The notes beneath the pieces are model-generated. The model was not told where the DNA came from, ran no database searches, and saw only the letters and a program-made list of their open reading frames with translations. Positions 1 through 7,891 of a DNA stretch of 18,461 bases are shown in pieces. A program made the translations under genes and the position numbers. How positions within the stretch are numbered: the first letter of the stretch is position 1; the number at the start of each line of letters is the position of its first letter. Origin of the DNA: Myxococcota bacterium (GTDB lineage Bacteria; Myxococcota; SpSt-1050); assembly GCA_049969675.1 (NCBI GenBank), contig JBMFOP010000063.1, forward strand, positions 1 to 18,461. Direction: 5' to 3'.

Positions 1-13
1 CAAAGTGCAAAGA

Positions 14-69
14 AGTTCTTTTATGGATTTTGGTTTCGGCTATGCCGAATTAGGATCCTAAGAAGGACT
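14..69 (+). other. Long imperfect RNA hairpin (25 pairs, 6 of them G-U) with core TTCGGC-TAT-GCCGAA
   Basis: AGTTCTTTTA(T)GGATTTTGG(T)TTCGGC-TAT-GCCGAA-TTAGGATCC-TAAGA(A)GGACT, paired by hand; function unknown. Confidence 0.5.
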
Positions 70-219
70 AATACAGATATAGATGATATCATATAAGACT
101 TCCTAGATAGATGTGAGCTATAAGTTAGTCTAAAGTCCTATAAACTAAAATCGTTAGAGGCCCTTATGGGCAACTTAAATAACAGATAAAAATTAAAGAA
201 TTTATTTAGAGAAGGAGAA

Positions 220-786
220 TCAGAAAACATACTTAATAGATGGATAGACCATAATTGCCTTTGCGTTGATATTAAGAATATATGAGAATGCAAACTCTAA
301 ACCGAGTTGTAAACCCTTTCTATAAGAATCATATCCCACCCCGGTTGCAACTCCAAAGTCAGGTAAAAATGTCCCTTTATTATTCGGCGTAGGGGATGCA
401 ATTGTTCCACCTCCAAAAACCTTTAGAGGGATATAAAGTTCTTCTCCTATACCTATTTTATATTGATATGCCAGATTTATAGATAAAAGTTCAAAATTAT
501 CATAATTGACCCTATCTTTATCATAATCTCCAGTCTTTTTTTCAACAGCGTTATTTGAGACCATAGATGAGGATAGTGATAATCCCGTCATACTTGATTT
601 ACCAAACGAATATCCAAATAGGAGATTTACATAAGGCTCTGAATTTGAGTTGCTCTTATTCCCCCCTATAGTAAAAAAGAGCCCCGGATTAAATTCCATC
701 GCAAACCCTTTATATGGCTCTGCAGCAAAGAGAGAGGGTGAAAATATAAAGATCGCTATTACAATTAAAACAGGTTTCCTAAACAT
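220..786 (-). CDS. gltH: GltH/CglE/NfsH-like small outer-membrane beta-barrel protein, 188 aa
   Basis: Signal peptide ending SLFA; amphipathic strands; C-terminal PSIKYVF (terminal Phe, BAM-type signal) and GVGYDSYRKGLQLGLE resemble CglE; directly after gltG as in glt/nfs clusters; GAGGT RBS 7 nt before ATG. Confidence 0.75.
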   Translation of the reverse strand: MFRKPVLIVIAIFIFSPSLFAAEPYKGFAMEFNPGLFFTIGGNKSNSNSEPYVNLLFGYSFGKSSMTGLSLSSSMVSNNAVEKKTGDYDKDRVNYDNFELLSINLAYQYKIGIGEELYIPLKVFGGGTIASPTPNNKGTFLPDFGVATGVGYDSYRKGLQLGLEFAFSYILNINAKAIMVYPSIKYVF

Positions 787-811
787 AGTTCATACCTCTT
801 TAATAAAGGTT

Positions 812-2539
812 TTATTGACCTGCACTCTTGAAGATAAATGGGTATCTTACTACAACTATACCTCCACCTTTAGGCGCAGGGAACATCCATCTCTTAATGT
901 TTCTGATAATACAATCTTCAACAGCTGCATTATTCATCTCTGTCTGTTCTATCTCAGCATCAGATACAGAACCACTTCCTGATATTGTAAATTTGACTGC
1001 AATCTTTCCATACAGATTTGGATTTTTGCTGAGTTCCTTTTCATAGCAATACTTAATCTGCGCCCAATAACGTTTAATTACTCTTGCAACAACATCCTTG
1101 TCAAGGCCACCAACCATCACGAGTTTACCGGTTGATACCGCCTCTTCTGACTTTCCGCCAGCACCGAGATTGAAGTCACCATGTCCCCTCCTGCTCTTTC
1201 CACCTCCAATTCCGATTCCACCCAATGCAGCAACACCTCCACCACCTCCACCACCTCTTGACCCCAGACCACCCAGACCTCCAGAATCACCCATCATTGT
1301 GCCGTGCAGACCTCCCAGTGCATTGTTAATACCTGCCCCGAGACCGGCCCCAAATATTGAGTTCATCGCTGGATTTCCACCCGCACCTCTTAAAATTCCA
1401 AGGACACCAGACTTTAGTGCAATCTTCCTATTCTCCACTCTTCTATTTGGGTCAGCAATATTTGGTCCTTTCACCGGAGGTCTCTTCTCATCAAGCACCT
1501 TTCCTATCTTCTTCTCTGTAATCGCCTTCATCTCAAGTTCTTTCTTCTCAACCTTCTTGGGTGCCTCCTTTAAGACCACCTTTGCAAATCTATTCAGGCT
1601 CTTCTGTAAATCCTCTGGAGGTGAAGTTAAAGTATCCTTAAAGAAGACCACCATTATAAACAATGCTATCGCTACAAACAGGACTGAAGAGATAAGCCAC
1701 TGGGCGAATCTATAATCCATATTTTTAATAAAATCTTCTTTTGGCGCCTTCTTGGGATGTATATATCTAACAATGATATCAATCGGACCATTCTTAAGAA
1801 CAATGACCTCATTTAATTTGAGTGTGAGAGTCTTTCTGGCATCACCAGATGATTTCTTACCATCCACAAAGTGGAGCAACTCCCATCCTTCTGGAATATT
1901 TACGATATGAGAACCACCTTCTGTATAGACAAGCTGGATGTCCGTCTTTAGATATTCTTCTGGTAGCACAAAATCATTCTGTTCGGAGGGACCAATTGAA
2001 ATACCTGCCCTCTTCCCCATTATTGCAAGTTCACCAATCATTCCTCCAAGCCATCTCACAATCACATCAGGAACCTTATTTGATTCATCTGCTTTATCCT
2101 CCTCAAGCTTTTGTGGAGAGACATACATATTTAGTGAATCGGCTGAAATCCTTTTCTTCTTCTTTATAACTTTATTCACAGGTTTTTTATGAACTGGCTT
2201 TTGCGCCTCTGGAGGCTTTACCTCTTCAGATGTAACTGAGTCCTCTTCAAATAGTGGTCTAATCTCAAAATCTCCAATCTTAATCACATCACCTCTACCA
2301 AGTGTCCTTTCTCTATTCAACCTTTCACCATTTATAAAGACACCAGCCTTTGAGCCCATATCCATAATATTAAAAATACCCTCCTTTGTCATCCTTAACA
2401 TACATTCCAGCCCGCCAATACTATCAGATTCAAGCTGTATATTTGCCGCAGGAGAGGACCCGATAATAATATTGTCCTTCTCAATCTCAACTCTATTTTC
2501 CCCGCCATCGGGTAATTTGATTAAAAATTTATGCTTCAT
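812..2539 (-). CDS. gltG: GltG/PglI/NfsG: N-terminal FHA-like domain, one TM helix, Gly-rich linker, TonB_C-like AgmX/PglI C-terminal domain, 575 aa
   Basis: FHA fold motifs (IMDMGSKAGVFINGER, LGRGDVIKIG); TM WLISSVLFVAIALFIMVVFF; C-terminal GGLDKDVVARVIKRYWAQIKYCYEKELSKNPNLYGKI...CII...WMFPAPKGGGIVVVRYPFIF; GAGGT RBS. Confidence 0.93.
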   Translation of the reverse strand: MKHKFLIKLPDGGENRVEIEKDNIIIGSSPAANIQLESDSIGGLECMLRMTKEGIFNIMDMGSKAGVFINGERLNRERTLGRGDVIKIGDFEIRPLFEEDSVTSEEVKPPEAQKPVHKKPVNKVIKKKKRISADSLNMYVSPQKLEEDKADESNKVPDVIVRWLGGMIGELAIMGKRAGISIGPSEQNDFVLPEEYLKTDIQLVYTEGGSHIVNIPEGWELLHFVDGKKSSGDARKTLTLKLNEVIVLKNGPIDIIVRYIHPKKAPKEDFIKNMDYRFAQWLISSVLFVAIALFIMVVFFKDTLTSPPEDLQKSLNRFAKVVLKEAPKKVEKKELEMKAITEKKIGKVLDEKRPPVKGPNIADPNRRVENRKIALKSGVLGILRGAGGNPAMNSIFGAGLGAGINNALGGLHGTMMGDSGGLGGLGSRGGGGGGGVAALGGIGIGGGKSRRGHGDFNLGAGGKSEEAVSTGKLVMVGGLDKDVVARVIKRYWAQIKYCYEKELSKNPNLYGKIAVKFTISGSGSVSDAEIEQTEMNNAAVEDCIIRNIKRWMFPAPKGGGIVVVRYPFIFKSAGQ

Positions 2540-2561
2540 TGCAACCTCACTTAATTAAGGT

Positions 2562-2819
2562 TTATAATTTGTCTATGGACTTAAAAAGCTCTGGCTCAAA
2601 GTTCTCTCTCACTTTAATTAATCTTCCAAATTGAGCCTCTTTTCGAGACGAAATATAGGAACCATCCGGCTTCTTTAATTCTCCCTGAATGGTGACATCT
2701 GAAAAGTCAATAATCGTCTTTTGCTTATAAACAACCTTATCCCCAGACCCAGCCTCCTGAGCCATTGTCTCAAATGTAAACAATACAAAAAGGATGAATA
2801 AAAATAGGTATTTCCTCAT
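2562..2819 (-). CDS. gltF: GltF/CglF/NfsF small exported protein, 85 aa
   Basis: Signal peptide then KVVYKQKTIIDFSDVTIQGELKKPDGSY...FGRLIKVRENFEPELFKS, the CglF-type motif; between gltE and gltG; GGGAGGT RBS. Confidence 0.9.
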   Translation of the reverse strand: MRKYLFLFILFVLFTFETMAQEAGSGDKVVYKQKTIIDFSDVTIQGELKKPDGSYISSRKEAQFGRLIKVRENFEPELFKSIDKL

Positions 2820-2840
2820 CTCTACCTCCCATCAAATATT

Positions 2841-2849
2841 ATTATACCA
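2841..2849 (-). promoter_or_regulatory. Putative extended -10 sigma70-type promoter (TGgTATAAT) upstream of gltF
   Basis: Minus strand TGGTATAAT, a perfect TGnTATAAT, in the 59-bp gltE-gltF gap about 11 nt before the RBS; weak -35 (TGGAAA at 17 bp). Confidence 0.6.
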
Positions 2850-2878
2850 AAAGTTGAATGAAATTTCCACATAATACA

Positions 2879-4471
2879 TTATTTTGACTCCATCTTTGTA
2901 GAATCATTATCCTTTTGTGGGGTTCCACCCTCATTCTCTTTTGGCTCCTGATTTGCTTTTTGACCTTCAGTTTCCGCCTTTTTCTTCGCCTCTTCTTCTG
3001 CCTTCTTCTTTGCCTCCTCTTCAGCCTTTGCCTTCGCCTCTTCTTCTGCCTTCTTCTTTGCCTCCTCCTCAGCCTTTGCCTTCGCCTCTTCTTCTGCCTT
3101 CTTCTTTGCCTCCTCCTTAGCCTTTATCTTCTCCTCAACCTCCTTAATTTTTGCCCTTGCCTCTTTACTCTCGGGATTGATCTTGAGACACTCTGTCAGA
3201 TTGTTTCTGGCATCAACGAGATTACCCTCATTGATAGCACTTTCTGCCTTCTCAAATAACTCCTTGAACTTGGCCTCTGCCAGTCTCTTCTTCTCTTCTT
3301 CTGCCTTCTTCTTTGCCTCCTCCTCCTTCATCTTCCTCTCCTGCTCCTCCAACATCTTCTTCTGTATTTCAGCCTGTTTCTTCTGCTCCTCAAGCTTTGC
3401 AATCATAGAAATGGCTTTCTGTTTTAATTCATTATCTTTTGAGTTGGAAGAGGCAAACTTCTTATATAACTCAATTGCCTCATCTACTTTTTTCAGATAA
3501 GTATGGTCTATGAATGCCTGATAATAGTAAACCTCATATTTTTTAGGATTAAGTTTTAATACCTCTTCAAGTTTCGCCATCGCCTCCTGAGGCTTCTGCA
3601 ATCCAATCAATGTAAGCGCCAACTGGAAGTGTGCATTTTCATTCTGAGGCTCTAAATCGGCAATTACCTTAAAGTGTGAATATGCCGCATTATAATCCTT
3701 GAAGTGCAAAGCGATAGTCCCCAGATTCTGGTGTGCCTCAACATTATTTGGGTCAAGTTCAAGGGCTATTCTAAAATAACCCATAGCCGATACATAATCA
3801 TTCATCTTTAATGCAATCATTCCAAGATTATTCCTGATTGATGCATCTTTTGAATCAAGCTTACCCGCATTACCGAGGGTAAGTTTTGCAAGCTTAAAAT
3901 TTCCCTGATCGTAATAAATCAAAGATAGATTTTTGTAAGCCTCAACATTGTCTGGGTCTCTTGAGAGTAGCTCTCTTATTGTAGCCTCTGCTTTCTGATA
4001 TTCTTTATTCAAACGATATAACACTGCGAGATTGTTAAGGACCTTGCTATTATTTGGGAATTTCTTTCTGATATCAATCAGGAATTTAATACCCTCGTTA
4101 TATTTGCCGGTATCTTTATATATAACTGCCTTTGCAAGGACTGGCTCTACATTCGCGGGATCAGCATCCATTGCCTTATCACAATATTTAAGGGCTTCAA
4201 CGACATTTTCAAGTTTTAATTGAATCGCAGCCAGATTGAGATATGCCTTATAGTTTTTCGGATCCTTTCTAACCACATCGGCAAAGGCCTTTATAGCCTC
4301 CGAATAATTTCTCTGATTGTATAGTTGAACACCCCTTGAAAAATCATCCTCAGGAGTAGACTCAACCTGCTTTATCTGCTTTTCAGTAGGAGCCTCCACC
4401 TTTGGGGCCGGACATCCAAAAAGGAATACAAGAATAAACATAAAACATAAATAAAATAAACTTCTTTTCAT
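2879..4471 (-). CDS. gltE: GltE/AglT/NfsE TPR lipoprotein with E/K/A-rich C-terminal helical tail, 530 aa
   Basis: Start moved from 4543 to ATG 4471: GAGAGGT RBS, removes overlap with gltD, gives lipoprotein signal MKRSLFYLCFMFILVFLFG-C20; many TPRs (YLNLA, VLNNLA, IRNNLG, AHQNLG); position between gltD and gltF. Confidence 0.87.
   Translation of the reverse strand: MKRSLFYLCFMFILVFLFGCPAPKVEAPTEKQIKQVESTPEDDFSRGVQLYNQRNYSEAIKAFADVVRKDPKNYKAYLNLAAIQLKLENVVEALKYCDKAMDADPANVEPVLAKAVIYKDTGKYNEGIKFLIDIRKKFPNNSKVLNNLAVLYRLNKEYQKAEATIRELLSRDPDNVEAYKNLSLIYYDQGNFKLAKLTLGNAGKLDSKDASIRNNLGMIALKMNDYVSAMGYFRIALELDPNNVEAHQNLGTIALHFKDYNAAYSHFKVIADLEPQNENAHFQLALTLIGLQKPQEAMAKLEEVLKLNPKKYEVYYYQAFIDHTYLKKVDEAIELYKKFASSNSKDNELKQKAISMIAKLEEQKKQAEIQKKMLEEQERKMKEEEAKKKAEEEKKRLAEAKFKELFEKAESAINEGNLVDARNNLTECLKINPESKEARAKIKEVEEKIKAKEEAKKKAEEEAKAKAEEEAKKKAEEEAKAKAEEEAKKKAEEEAKKKAETEGQKANQEPKENEGGTPQKDNDSTKMESK
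2984..3125. repeat. Intragenic tandem repeat: about 3 x 48 nt (24-nt subunits) encoding AKAEEEAKKKAEEEAK
   Basis: Units start at 2984, 3032, 3080 (cttcgcctcttcttctgccttcttctttgcctcctc[t/c]tcagcctttgc); units 1 and 2 differ at one base; partial copy at about 3293-3324. Confidence 0.92.
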
Positions 4472-4496
4472 TAAAATATTACCTCTCATCATAACT

Positions 4497-7400
4497 TTAT
4501 TCCTCAGGTGTTTTTTCGGTTTCCTCTGTCTCTTTTGATTCATTTTGAGTACCCGATTCCTCTTCCTTCCCCTTCTCCTCTTCCTTTTTCTCCTTGACGG
4601 GCTCCTCCTTCTTTATTTCTTTTTTAGGTGGTTCTTCAACCTTTGCAACAAGTGATGGATAGAACAACTGACCATAGAAATATTCCTTTGCAACATACTT
4701 TGTCTCGGGGAGGTCTGGATATGAACCCGGTTTATATCCATCAAGTCTCTCCTGTGCAATCTTTGAATATTCATTGTAAATTGTCAATTCATATGACTTT
4801 GCCAGACTCTTCTCATACGCCTCAATCGCCTTTTCTTCAACAGGGAATGCCATATTCTGTAACTCTGCCACATAAATCTCTCTCTGTTCATCATTTAGAT
4901 TTTTAGGAATTGGTGCCTCAAGTAAGGTCTTTGTAAAATCCTGATAAATCATACCTATTCTACATAGAGCTGCTATACCCACATCGCCCTGCCCCATCTG
5001 AAGAATAGCAGTATATTCCTTTACAAGTTTATCTAACTTCTCGGACTTCTCTTTTATCTGCCTTTTCATAACTGATTCCGGAAGCTGCAACTTTATAGCC
5101 ATATAATTCTTAAACTCTGACTCGGTCAATAAAAATCTGGCATTGGCTATATAGTAGAATGTCTTTTCGCTCGCCTCGCCTTTCTTTAGTTTTTCAGCCA
5201 TCTTGAGTAGATTCTGAAGCTCCTTTTCATAGGCTGGGATCTGTCCAAGTTGCTTATAAATCATCGCCATTTCATATTGTGCTTCTATTACATCAGATAT
5301 TGAGGCGTCCTTGGGTTTGGATACAATACCTTTATAGATAGCCTTTGCCTTTTCATAATCTTTCATCTCTTTATAAATAACCGCTATCTTCATCTGAACC
5401 TGAACTATGTCTTTATTTGTCGGGAATGCTTTGATATAAGTTTGATAATTTGCAATTGCTCCCTTCAAATCCCCTGTTGCCTCTCTGAAAAGCGCCGAGT
5501 TGTAAATAGCGTCTCCAGCCTCTTTATTCTTCTTCTTGAGTTTATCAAAGTAAATCTCATAATATTTACTTGCGTTGGAAAAATCGGCAATCTTTTCATA
5601 ATAGTAACCGAGTTTATAGAATGTTGGCTCATAAAATTCAGACTTTGGAAATTTCTCAATAAGCAATGTCGCAGCCTCTATTGCCTTGTCAATATATTTT
5701 GCCTCTGCAAAGAGGATATGAGCATTATTTAGTGCCTTATCCGTATGCTTTGCGTTTGGATATTTATTGACATAATCTCTAAATGCAACCGCCGCATCAA
5801 AAACCTTCCCCTTCTTCTGCATATCAATTATTATATTAAACGCAGCCCCTTCCACAACTTCCTGAAGATGTGCCTGATAGAGCTTGTTCTTCTCTGCCGG
5901 GTCTTTTTGCGATGCGAGAGGTTTGATATTCAAAAATTTGTTTGCCCAGAAGAAGAGCGATGCCCAATCCTCTTTTATCTCATAGGAGTTGAGTATCATA
6001 TCTGCTGCACCGAGGGCAAACTTGTTGTCGGGGAACTTCTCAATAAATTCACCAAATCTCTTGGATGCCTCATCAAAATGGTTGTATTTATAATATATAG
6101 TTGCTGCCTTAAATTTAACCGCAAAGAATTCTTTATGGGTGGGTGCAAGCTGCGTAAATTCGTCGCACGCCTTTGCAAGTTCAAGCTCAATCTTAGGAAT
6201 CTCCTTCTTCTCGTAGGTCTTCCCTTTCTCAAGTTTAATAAACTTCTCAACTCGCTTTACAGCCCCCTTGCTCTTCTTCTCGTCAACCTTACCTTCTTTT
6301 AATGTCTCCTGTTTCTGACCCTTCTCCATAATCTCCACCATCTTCTCATAAGCCAGTACCCTATTATATGCAGATGTCACAGAGTATTTCCCCTTTGGGT
6401 CCTGCTTTACCACAAGTGCATAGTTAATGGCTGCATTTTCATAATCCTGCAATGCCCAGAGAATCTCTGCATAAAAGAATCTCATTGTATATGAATGCTC
6501 GGACTTTGGAAAATTATCAAGATACTCTTTATAAATATCTCTTGCAAGCGCATAGGTTTTGACATCCTTTGTCTTCTGTGCCTCTCTGTGGTACTCCTGA
6601 ACAATATCTCTTAGTGCCTCTTCGGTCAGCTCATATGCCTTATCAAGTGCAAATTTATTTTCTGCATTCTGATTTGCCCATGGTGAGTTTGGCTTATATA
6701 AATCCACCAATCTCCTGATCTCCTTCTTGACCATCTCGGTATTGTTAAGCTTTTTATAATTTTGCACGATATTGCTCTGAAATTCGGGACACTCCGGGGC
6801 ATTCGGGTACTCGTTTATAATAAGCCTATAGGTCTTTATTGCCTGATCATATTTTCCCTGGTCATCATACACCCTTGCCAGTAACTTCAATAAGTCTTTT
6901 AATCTCTGTCTCCCTGCCACCTTCTCCCAATAATCCTTAGCCTCATCCACTGCATCAACCTGTGAGAAGAAGAGGGCAAGGTCATTCAATGCCTCTCTCT
7001 CAAGTTTAATCTTGCTCGTCTCTGTCTCCTTCTGAGAAAACCCTACAACCTGTTTTAATTTCTCAATACCCTTTTCATATTCGCCGAGGTTGTAATCACA
7101 CCACGCAAGTTTGTAGAGAGCCACAACGGTAATCTTTGGGTCGTTAAATGTAAGAGCCTTTTCATACGCCTGAACTGCCTTGAAGACCTCATTATTATTA
7201 AAGAAGTGCTCTCCGAGCGAGAGATATGCATCAGGGGCGTATTTACTCTGCGGATATTTCTTAATCAATTCCCAGTAATATTTTACTCCATCATTCTTCC
7301 TGCCCATCTCATACAGGTTATAACCAAGTACAAATAAGACCTCATCCTTTCTGGAGTAGTCTGGATACTCCTTAATAATTTTCTCATAGATATCCAGCGC

Positions 7401-7883
7401 CTGTTTTCTATATAACTCCGACTGCCTTGTATTTATTTTAATCTTTTCACAGGCTTTGAGGTCTTTGGTCTTTTTATTACATTCATCCAGCTTCTTTTCG
7501 TAATCATACATCTCCTGAAAATATACATACTTTGACTTCTCCCAATAGAGCTCCGCCAACTGGAACATAACATCCGCCTTTTTAGGCCCCTTTTCAAAGC
7601 GTGTGATAATATCTTTTAACATCTTAATAGCCTCATCTCGCTTCTTGTCTGCGAGTTCATCTCTTGAGACCTCTTTCTCCTCTGGCTTTGGCATATCAAT
7701 CTTTGCCGGTCCCGTTGGGGTAGCCTTCTTCTTCTCCCCCTTCTCATCTGCTGCCTTCTTCTTCTTCTCCTTATCCTTCTTCTCTGTTTTTGCCTCCTGG
7801 GCCTGTAGCGGAGGGTAGATAAAGAGGGAACCAAAAAGGCAAAATGAAATAAAAAGACTTAAAATAACAAATGTTCTCTTCAT
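4497..7883 (-). CDS. gltD: GltD/AgmU/NfsD large periplasmic TPR protein, about 1128 aa (alternative GTG start at 7895 overlapping the gltC stop)
   Basis: Signal peptide ending LQA; ADKKRDEAI...FQLAELYWEKSKY; long TPR arrays; AgmU-type C-terminus AALCRIG.IY.DF...LLEAPIPKNL...IY...L...AFPVEEKAIEAYEK. Confidence 0.9.
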   Translation of the reverse strand: MKRTFVILSLFISFCLFGSLFIYPPLQAQEAKTEKKDKEKKKKAADEKGEKKKATPTGPAKIDMPKPEEKEVSRDELADKKRDEAIKMLKDIITRFEKGPKKADVMFQLAELYWEKSKYVYFQEMYDYEKKLDECNKKTKDLKACEKIKINTRQSELYRKQALDIYEKIIKEYPDYSRKDEVLFVLGYNLYEMGRKNDGVKYYWELIKKYPQSKYAPDAYLSLGEHFFNNNEVFKAVQAYEKALTFNDPKITVVALYKLAWCDYNLGEYEKGIEKLKQVVGFSQKETETSKIKLEREALNDLALFFSQVDAVDEAKDYWEKVAGRQRLKDLLKLLARVYDDQGKYDQAIKTYRLIINEYPNAPECPEFQSNIVQNYKKLNNTEMVKKEIRRLVDLYKPNSPWANQNAENKFALDKAYELTEEALRDIVQEYHREAQKTKDVKTYALARDIYKEYLDNFPKSEHSYTMRFFYAEILWALQDYENAAINYALVVKQDPKGKYSVTSAYNRVLAYEKMVEIMEKGQKQETLKEGKVDEKKSKGAVKRVEKFIKLEKGKTYEKKEIPKIELELAKACDEFTQLAPTHKEFFAVKFKAATIYYKYNHFDEASKRFGEFIEKFPDNKFALGAADMILNSYEIKEDWASLFFWANKFLNIKPLASQKDPAEKNKLYQAHLQEVVEGAAFNIIIDMQKKGKVFDAAVAFRDYVNKYPNAKHTDKALNNAHILFAEAKYIDKAIEAATLLIEKFPKSEFYEPTFYKLGYYYEKIADFSNASKYYEIYFDKLKKKNKEAGDAIYNSALFREATGDLKGAIANYQTYIKAFPTNKDIVQVQMKIAVIYKEMKDYEKAKAIYKGIVSKPKDASISDVIEAQYEMAMIYKQLGQIPAYEKELQNLLKMAEKLKKGEASEKTFYYIANARFLLTESEFKNYMAIKLQLPESVMKRQIKEKSEKLDKLVKEYTAILQMGQGDVGIAALCRIGMIYQDFTKTLLEAPIPKNLNDEQREIYVAELQNMAFPVEEKAIEAYEKSLAKSYELTIYNEYSKIAQERLDGYKPGSYPDLPETKYVAKEYFYGQLFYPSLVAKVEEPPKKEIKKEEPVKEKKEEEKGKEEESGTQNESKETEETEKTPEE

Positions 7884-7891
7884 TGTCACAC

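Noticed and set aside
30..60. Hammerhead-like GGC-ATA-GCC-GAAAC on the minus strand
   Set aside because: Required CUGANGA core is absent (reads CUAAUUC).
1..96. 3' end of a plus-strand CDS (frames ending at 61 or 96)
   Set aside because: Too short and unrecognisable; needs the adjacent window.
1098..1715. 205-aa Pro-rich plus-strand ORF
   Set aside because: Antisense shadow of the Gly-rich linker of gltG; no RBS or domain.
2550..2559. Palindrome CTTAATTAAG between gltF and gltG
   Set aside because: Short, AT-rich and single; plausible by chance.
2915..3500. Repetitive plus-strand ORFs; CRISPR-like appearance of the repeat
   Set aside because: Antisense to the gltE repeat; units are contiguous, in frame and spacer-free, with no cas genes.
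4472..4543. Longer gltE start at 4543
   Set aside because: Overlaps gltD and buries the lipoprotein signal; the RBS supports 4471.
4628..7834. Short ORFs within gltD on both strands (e.g. 5745-6302)
   Set aside because: Nested in a well-supported gene, with no recognisable motifs.
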